This document shows positions 33,804 to 40,568 of a DNA stretch of 40,568 bases, in pieces. The DNA comes from a bacterium (GTDB lineage: Bacteria; Zhuqueibacterota; Zhuqueibacteria; Zhuqueibacterales; Zhuqueibacteraceae), in assembly GCA_044869275.1 (NCBI GenBank), contig JBIOXB010000185.1, positions 1-40,568 on the forward strand. The letters run 5' to 3'. A model generated the notes under the pieces. That model had not been told where the DNA came from. It did not search any database and worked only from the letters and a program-made list of their open reading frames with translations. Position 1 is the first letter of the stretch. Every line of letters starts with the position of its first letter. The translations under genes were made by a program, and so were the position numbers.

Positions 33804-34987
33804 GGCCGTGGACCGCTGGCGGGCGCCGGCGTGGACATGCCCGCAGGCTCATACTTCCCGGTTGAAGTTCCCGGCTCGCTGGCGATCAAAATGCGCTGCA
33901 GCTCGCCGGCGGCAATGAACAGCGTAATGTGATCCCCTTGCACGTGGTTGACACCTTGCTCTTTGCCTTGCTCCAAAACATGATACACGCTGGTGGCCGT
34001 TTCTTCAACCACCACGTGCTCGAGCTCTTCATTTTGAAAATGCAGCGTCATTTTCCCGCCGGAGAGCGAATTCTGGCGATGGTCCTTGCCGGTGGAATCG
34101 ACGGGCGAGGTCATCACCGCCTTGCCGGTGACAAGCGCATGCGTCAATTTTTGGTCGTGCAAAAACATTTCGATCAGCTCGCCGCGCAGCTCGTCGCGTT
34201 TTTGCCAGGCAACGGGCTGAGCGCGCAATTGCAGGCGTCCCTCGGTGCGAAAGTATTCCGCCGTGTCGCATTGGGCGCGCGTGTTCTGGCGCGTGATTTC
34301 CACCTTGCCGGAAACTTTCGCGCGTGCGCCGCCTTCGAACAGCTCGATCATGTTGCCGGTGATGCGCAACTTTTCCGTCTGCACGGAGTCGAATTCGATC
34401 AGCACCGGCGCGAGGGTGGCGCGGGAGTATTCCCGGTCGCGCAGATATTCCGCCCGGCCGCAGGTCAGCAGCACGCGGCGTTCGCTATTCGAGATGGCCA
34501 CGTCATGCTCGGCGAGCGCGCGTTCATCGTTTTGGAAGTAGGTCACCTGCCGCGCGGTCAACTGGCTGCTGTGGTCGCCCAGCGCGGCGTTTCCCGAGGC
34601 GATGCGGATCCTGCGATCATCATATGAAATCACTTGATCCGCATGCAGCCATTTCTTGCCTTCGCGCATTTTGACGTTGCCATAAAACTCCGTGCGCGAT
34701 TGCGCCTGGATCAGGCGCGCGCGGTCGCAAGTCATGTCTGCGCTGTCTTGCGCGAGGTGCACGTTCCCGACCGCCTCCGTAATCGATACGCCATTTTCCT
34801 CGAGGCCGCGCACGGAATCGGCGTTCAATAAGCGCAAACCGCTCTGCGCATGCGCGGATGGCGGCAAAGAAAAGGCGATGAGGCTGAGCAGGAATGCATG
34901 TACGCAATGCTTTTTCGCGGCAGTTCTCCTGATCTTCAAGCTTCGAGCTGCCAGCAGCGAACTTCTAGGAAAAGTTTCTCGCTTCAC
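33800..34987 (-). CDS. LptA/OstA-like periplasmic beta-jellyroll protein (start uncertain)
   Basis: Located between lptC and lptB; signal peptide ending SAHA-Q; repeated A.GNV/D.A.Y jellyroll motifs. Confidence 0.8.
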   Translation of the reverse strand: MKRETFPRSSLLAARSLKIRRTAAKKHCVHAFLLSLIAFSLPPSAHAQSGLRLLNADSVRGLEENGVSITEAVGNVHLAQDSADMTCDRARLIQAQSRTEFYGNVKMREGKKWLHADQVISYDDRRIRIASGNAALGDHSSQLTARQVTYFQNDERALAEHDVAISNSERRVLLTCGRAEYLRDREYSRATLAPVLIEFDSVQTEKLRITGNMIELFEGGARAKVSGKVEITRQNTRAQCDTAEYFRTEGRLQLRAQPVAWQKRDELRGELIEMFLHDQKLTHALVTGKAVMTSPVDSTGKDHRQNSLSGGKMTLHFQNEELEHVVVEETATSVYHVLEQGKEQGVNHVQGDHITLFIAAGELQRILIASEPGTSTGKYEPAGMSTPAPASGPRP

Positions 34988-34993
34988 GGTCCG

Positions 34994-35620
34994 CTAATCC
35001 AGACTATCCGGGCGTGCGGCCGGCATTCCCGCTTCGGGCTCGCGCGCCACGCTGGGCAAATGCACCTTCTGCGGCGTCAGGCCAGAAGCCCGCTTGATCG
35101 ACCACAGTTTCAAATTGGGGTCGGATTCGAAGCCGTAGCCTTGCAGCGTTTCCCCGCTGGCCTTGGTAATGGTCACAAAAGCTTCGGTCACCACTCTCTG
35201 GCCGCGGTTATCCCAGCGCAGTGAATCGCTGCGCAGCGTGATGCCACTGTCGGAAATCACGATGACATTGCCCAGCGCGACCACGTCGTTGTTTTCTTCA
35301 TTCATCACGCCGCGCTCGGCCGTCAGCCGCGAAGAATGCTGGCCGTGTTGATTGTAAAAATCGACCTCGACACTATCCTGAAAGAGCACGCGGCGCTTCT
35401 TGGAGAATTTCTCCATGCGATGATACTTCACCAGCGCCGTGAGACGGCCGTTGTTGGTCACCGTGATCGAGCTGTTCCAGCCGACCTGATCCGGCCCCTC
35501 GCTGTTGCCCCGCGGCGGCGTCGGCGGGTCGGTAGACTGGCAGCCTAGAGAAATCGCAAAGAGCAAAGAGCAAACAGCAAACAGCAAACAACGGGCAGGG
35601 AAAAGATTTATTCTGATCAT
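34994..35620 (-). CDS. lptC: LPS export periplasmic protein LptC
   Basis: VEVDFYNQHGQHSSRLTAERG, ALGNVIVISDSGITLRSDSLRWD, VTIT..GETLQGYGFESDPNL; operon position. Confidence 0.85.
   Translation of the reverse strand: MIRINLFPARCLLFAVCSLLFAISLGCQSTDPPTPPRGNSEGPDQVGWNSSITVTNNGRLTALVKYHRMEKFSKKRRVLFQDSVEVDFYNQHGQHSSRLTAERGVMNEENNDVVALGNVIVISDSGITLRSDSLRWDNRGQRVVTEAFVTITKASGETLQGYGFESDPNLKLWSIKRASGLTPQKVHLPSVAREPEAGMPAARPDSLD
35556..35590. repeat. Heptamer tandem repeat within the lptC signal-peptide coding sequence
   Basis: gcaaaga gcaaaga gcaaaca gcaaaca gcaaaca, encoding CLLFAVCSLLFA on the minus strand. Confidence 0.8.
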
Positions 35621-35682
35621 ATGGGCGCAGAATTTCTAATCTCGTCACGAGTCTCGAACGAATCGTGGTTGTAAAACAGTGT

Positions 35683-35711
35683 CATATACAAAAATTTGAT
35701 TTCAAGAGCAA
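35683..35711 (-). promoter_or_regulatory. Candidate sigma-70 promoter upstream of lptC
   Basis: Minus strand TTGCTC-N17-TATATG. Confidence 0.4.
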
Positions 35712-35754
35712 GCTTGGACGTCGGGTGTCCAATAGATTATACAACAACGATACA

Positions 35755-36684
35755 TTATACTGATTCCACTTCATCTCTCTTTGGTGCCGCCGTTTTCCAG
35801 CGCTCGTGCATCCACACCCATTGCGTAGGATGCTCGCGAATGAAGGCTTCGACCGCCTTGGAGCAGCGCAGCACGTTGGCGATGCGATCCGCGCGCGCGT
35901 CGCCGGTGTTTTGCAGCGAAATTTCCGGGCGGGCTTCGACCGTGTGCGTGAAATCCTCGTTCATGTGAATCGCGATCGGCACCAGCGCGGCACCGGTGCG
36001 TTCCGCGAGCAACACCATGCCCGCGGGCGTATAGGCCGGCCGGCCGAAGAAATCGACAAACTCACCATCGACGCGCGTGTCCTGATCGATCAGAATGCCG
36101 AGCAATCCGCCCGCTCGAAACCAGCGCAAGATCGCCTTGGTTCCGGCGGCGGAGCGCGGAAAAGTCTGATAACCCGCCTGCTCGCGCTGGCGCAGTAGCA
36201 TCTCGTCCAGGCGTGGATCATAAAGCGTGGCCGCGACGACGGCCAGGGGATAATGCTGGGCCACGAAGGCCGCCACCAATTCCCAACAACCGACGTGGCC
36301 GGTGAGGCAAAGCACGCCTTTGCCGCGCGCACGGGCACGATCGAGATGCTCGCGCCCGCGGAAGTGGATATAATTTTCCAGCCCCTCGCGCAAGAGCTGC
36401 GGCAGCCGTATCGCTTCCGCGGCGTTGCGGCCCAAAGCGCGAAACGTCTCACGCGCCAGCTCGTGAATTTCGGCTTCGGTATGGGTCGCGCCAAACGCCA
36501 GGTGCAAATGGCGTTTGGTTTTCTTCCGCTCCTTTTTGATCAGCCCGAAGGCGAGCGATCCCATGCTGGCAAAGAACCACAACGCTGCCCGGCGCGGCAA
36601 CAGCCGCACGAACCCGATCAAACCGCGAATGAATTGATAGAGCAGCCAGTTTTTCAGCCGTTTGCGCAGCGGTTTTGCGGACAT
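35755..36684 (-). CDS. Lipid A biosynthesis late acyltransferase (LpxL/HtrB family)
   Basis: GHVGCWE (H-x4-E), LIDQD, VDFFGRPA, IREHPTQWVWMHERWK. Confidence 0.9.
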   Translation of the reverse strand: MSAKPLRKRLKNWLLYQFIRGLIGFVRLLPRRAALWFFASMGSLAFGLIKKERKKTKRHLHLAFGATHTEAEIHELARETFRALGRNAAEAIRLPQLLREGLENYIHFRGREHLDRARARGKGVLCLTGHVGCWELVAAFVAQHYPLAVVAATLYDPRLDEMLLRQREQAGYQTFPRSAAGTKAILRWFRAGGLLGILIDQDTRVDGEFVDFFGRPAYTPAGMVLLAERTGAALVPIAIHMNEDFTHTVEARPEISLQNTGDARADRIANVLRCSKAVEAFIREHPTQWVWMHERWKTAAPKRDEVESV

Positions 36685-36694
36685 GGTTTTCGAC

Positions 36695-37684
36695 TCATGC
36701 CACGCCGGCTTTCAACAAATCATACAAATGCACCATGCCGGCTGGGCGGTTTTCTTGATCCACCACGATCATCTGCAAGATATTGAATTCTTCCATAATT
36801 TGCAGTGCTTTTGCCGCGAGCGTGCCGCTCGGCACGCATTTGGGATTTTTCGTCATCATATCCCGCGCGCAAAGTTCCTCCACCCGGGAACGGTCCGAGA
36901 GCAAGCGGCGCAAATCGCCGTCGGTGATGATGCCTTGCAGCCTGCCGTGCTCGTCGCTCACGCACGTCGCGCCGAAGCGTTTGCTGGTGATTTCGAGAAT
37001 GATCTCGTGCAACCGCGCCTGCGCCGGGACGCAGGCCACCTTTTCGCCCGTGTACATCACGTCATCGATGCGCAGCAGCAGCTTTCTGCCCAATACGCCG
37101 GCGGGATGGCGCAGTGCAAAATCTTCCTGCGTGAATTGGCGTTTTTCCACCAGGGCGACGGCCAGGGCATCACCCATCACCAGCGCTGCGGTGGTGCTGG
37201 TGGTGGGTGCGAGATCGTGGGGGCACGCTTCGCGTTTGACGCTGACATCCAAAATCACCTCGGCACGCTCGGCCAGGGGCGAATGTGAATTGCCCGTCAT
37301 GACGATGATCGGCACCCCCAGGCGTTTGAACACCGGAACCATCAAGTAGAATTCTTCGGTATTGCCGCTTTTGGAAATGCAAATCACGACATCGCCCGGC
37401 ATGACCATGCCCAGATCACCATGCGCCGCTTCCGCCGGGTGCACGAAAATTGATGCCGTGCCCGTGCTCGACAAGGTGGCCGCGATTTTCTGCGCGATGA
37501 TGCCGCTTTTGCCCATGCCGGAAACAATGACGCGGCCTTCGCACCTGAACAACAACTCCACCGCGCGGGTAAAATTTTCATCAATACGGCCTTCGAGCGC
37601 GGCGACGGACTCGGCTTCGAGGCGGATCACCTCGCGCGCTTTGCGCAGAAGATCGGCTTCCGTTGGTTGCGGACGCGTCCCCAT
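36695..37684 (-). CDS. kdsD: Arabinose-5-phosphate isomerase (KpsF/GutQ family, SIS + CBS)
   Basis: GMGKSG, HPAEAAHGDLG, APTTST, HPAGVLG, ITDGDLRR; SD AAGGAG before ATG 37684. Confidence 0.93.
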   Translation of the reverse strand: MGTRPQPTEADLLRKAREVIRLEAESVAALEGRIDENFTRAVELLFRCEGRVIVSGMGKSGIIAQKIAATLSSTGTASIFVHPAEAAHGDLGMVMPGDVVICISKSGNTEEFYLMVPVFKRLGVPIIVMTGNSHSPLAERAEVILDVSVKREACPHDLAPTTSTTAALVMGDALAVALVEKRQFTQEDFALRHPAGVLGRKLLLRIDDVMYTGEKVACVPAQARLHEIILEITSKRFGATCVSDEHGRLQGIITDGDLRRLLSDRSRVEELCARDMMTKNPKCVPSGTLAAKALQIMEEFNILQMIVVDQENRPAGMVHLYDLLKAGVA

Positions 37685-37755
37685 TATCTCCTTTTGCAGG
37701 GGGACGAAAGGGGGTGCTAAAGTTTCCACTGCCAATTCAAATCCTCAAAGAAATC

Positions 37756-38589
37756 TCAGGACAAAAACTTGCGCGACACCGCGGCGATTTCGAGCGCCTG
37801 CGCCAGCAAATCTTCCAGCTGGTGCAACGGCCACTGGCTCGCGGCATCGCATTTGGCCTCGGCAGGGTTGGGATGCGATTCGATGAACAAGGCCTCGCAA
37901 CCCGCGGCGACCGCAGCGCGGGTCAACGCGGGCACGAATTTCGGCTTGCCGCCGCGCGGATCGGAAGAGGGCAAGCCATACACGCGAATCGAATGTGTGG
38001 GATCGAACACCACGGGACAGCCGATTTCGCGCAGGGCCACCAGCGCGCGCATATCGACCACCAAATTGTGATAACCGAAGCAGGCACCGCGTTCGGTCAG
38101 AAAAATGTTTTGATTGCCCGCGCGCTCGATTTTAGCGACGACGTTGCGCATGTCTTCGGGATCGAGAAACTGGCCCTTCTTCACGTTCACCACGCGGCCG
38201 GTCTTGGCGACCGCAAGCGCCAGTGTGGTTTGCATGCACAAATACGCCGGAATTTGAATCACATCGAGCACCTCGGCGCAGGCCTCGGCGTCGTGGGTAT
38301 CATGAATATCCGAGAGCACGGGAATTTTGAACTGCTCTTTAATGCGGCGCAACATGGCCAGGCCGTTTTTCAATCCCGGGCCCTGATAGCTCGTTTCGGT
38401 GGAACGATTGTCTTTCAAATAAGAAGACTTGAAAATCAGCGGTATGCGCAGCTTGTCCGCAATTTTGCAGATGCCTTCCGCGGCCATATGCATGGTTTTT
38501 TCATCTTCAATCACACACGGCCCGCAAATGAGCACGAGCGGATGGCCGCCGCCCATTTTGATTTTGCCGATTTCGATGGTACGCGTCAT
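37756..38589 (-). CDS. kdsA: KDO-8-phosphate synthase
   Basis: GPCVIE, FKSSYLKDNRS, QIPAYLC, NVKKGQF, ERGACFGYHNLVVD, FDPTHS; start trimmed to MTRTIE. Confidence 0.93.
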   Translation of the reverse strand: MTRTIEIGKIKMGGGHPLVLICGPCVIEDEKTMHMAAEGICKIADKLRIPLIFKSSYLKDNRSTETSYQGPGLKNGLAMLRRIKEQFKIPVLSDIHDTHDAEACAEVLDVIQIPAYLCMQTTLALAVAKTGRVVNVKKGQFLDPEDMRNVVAKIERAGNQNIFLTERGACFGYHNLVVDMRALVALREIGCPVVFDPTHSIRVYGLPSSDPRGGKPKFVPALTRAAVAAGCEALFIESHPNPAEAKCDAASQWPLHQLEDLLAQALEIAAVSRKFLS

Positions 38590-38618
38590 AAATACAGTCC
38601 TGAAATTTTCACTCAATC

Positions 38619-40411
<1,793 letters not shown>

Positions 40412-40568
40412 CTATACTTAATTCACGTTACAGGCTTCAAGGTGTCTCGTCCTGATATAGGTTGACAGGTTTTGCACCTATTTCAGGAGACCATTTTATG
40501 TCAGACCCTGGGCTTCACAAACGCTACAGCCTTGCTTTTAAGCAAAAAGTTGTGACTGAAATTGAAGC

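Overview
Bacterial chromosomal window, almost entirely minus-strand. The gene content and style resemble FCB-superphylum/KSB1-type genomes (inference only). Left part: a partial prolyl oligopeptidase, a membrane-bound AraC regulator, and a tandem array of five ~800-aa MacB/FtsX-type ABC permease paralogs plus two permease remnants, with no ATPase in the array. Middle: aldehyde dehydrogenase, class III aminotransferase, fdhD, a glycosyltransferase, a CPBP protease, a membrane protein and a penicillin-acylase-family gene. Right part: the housekeeping run pyrG-kdsA-kdsD-lipid A acyltransferase-lptC-lptA-like-lptB-rpoN-hslV-hslU-argF-GNAT. The main unexplained feature is a set of about 18 elements built from tandem 7-, 8- or 9-nt units, mostly arranged as inverted arms (hairpins). 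They sit at gene junctions and often run exactly from a stop codon to the next RBS. One encloses a four-helix-bundle (IVS/Avd-like) gene in its loop, and a near-identical 'empty' copy lacking exactly that 392-bp gene cassette lies 5.7 kb away. Together these suggest a repeat-hairpin cassette system that also shapes the permease array and invades coding sequence.
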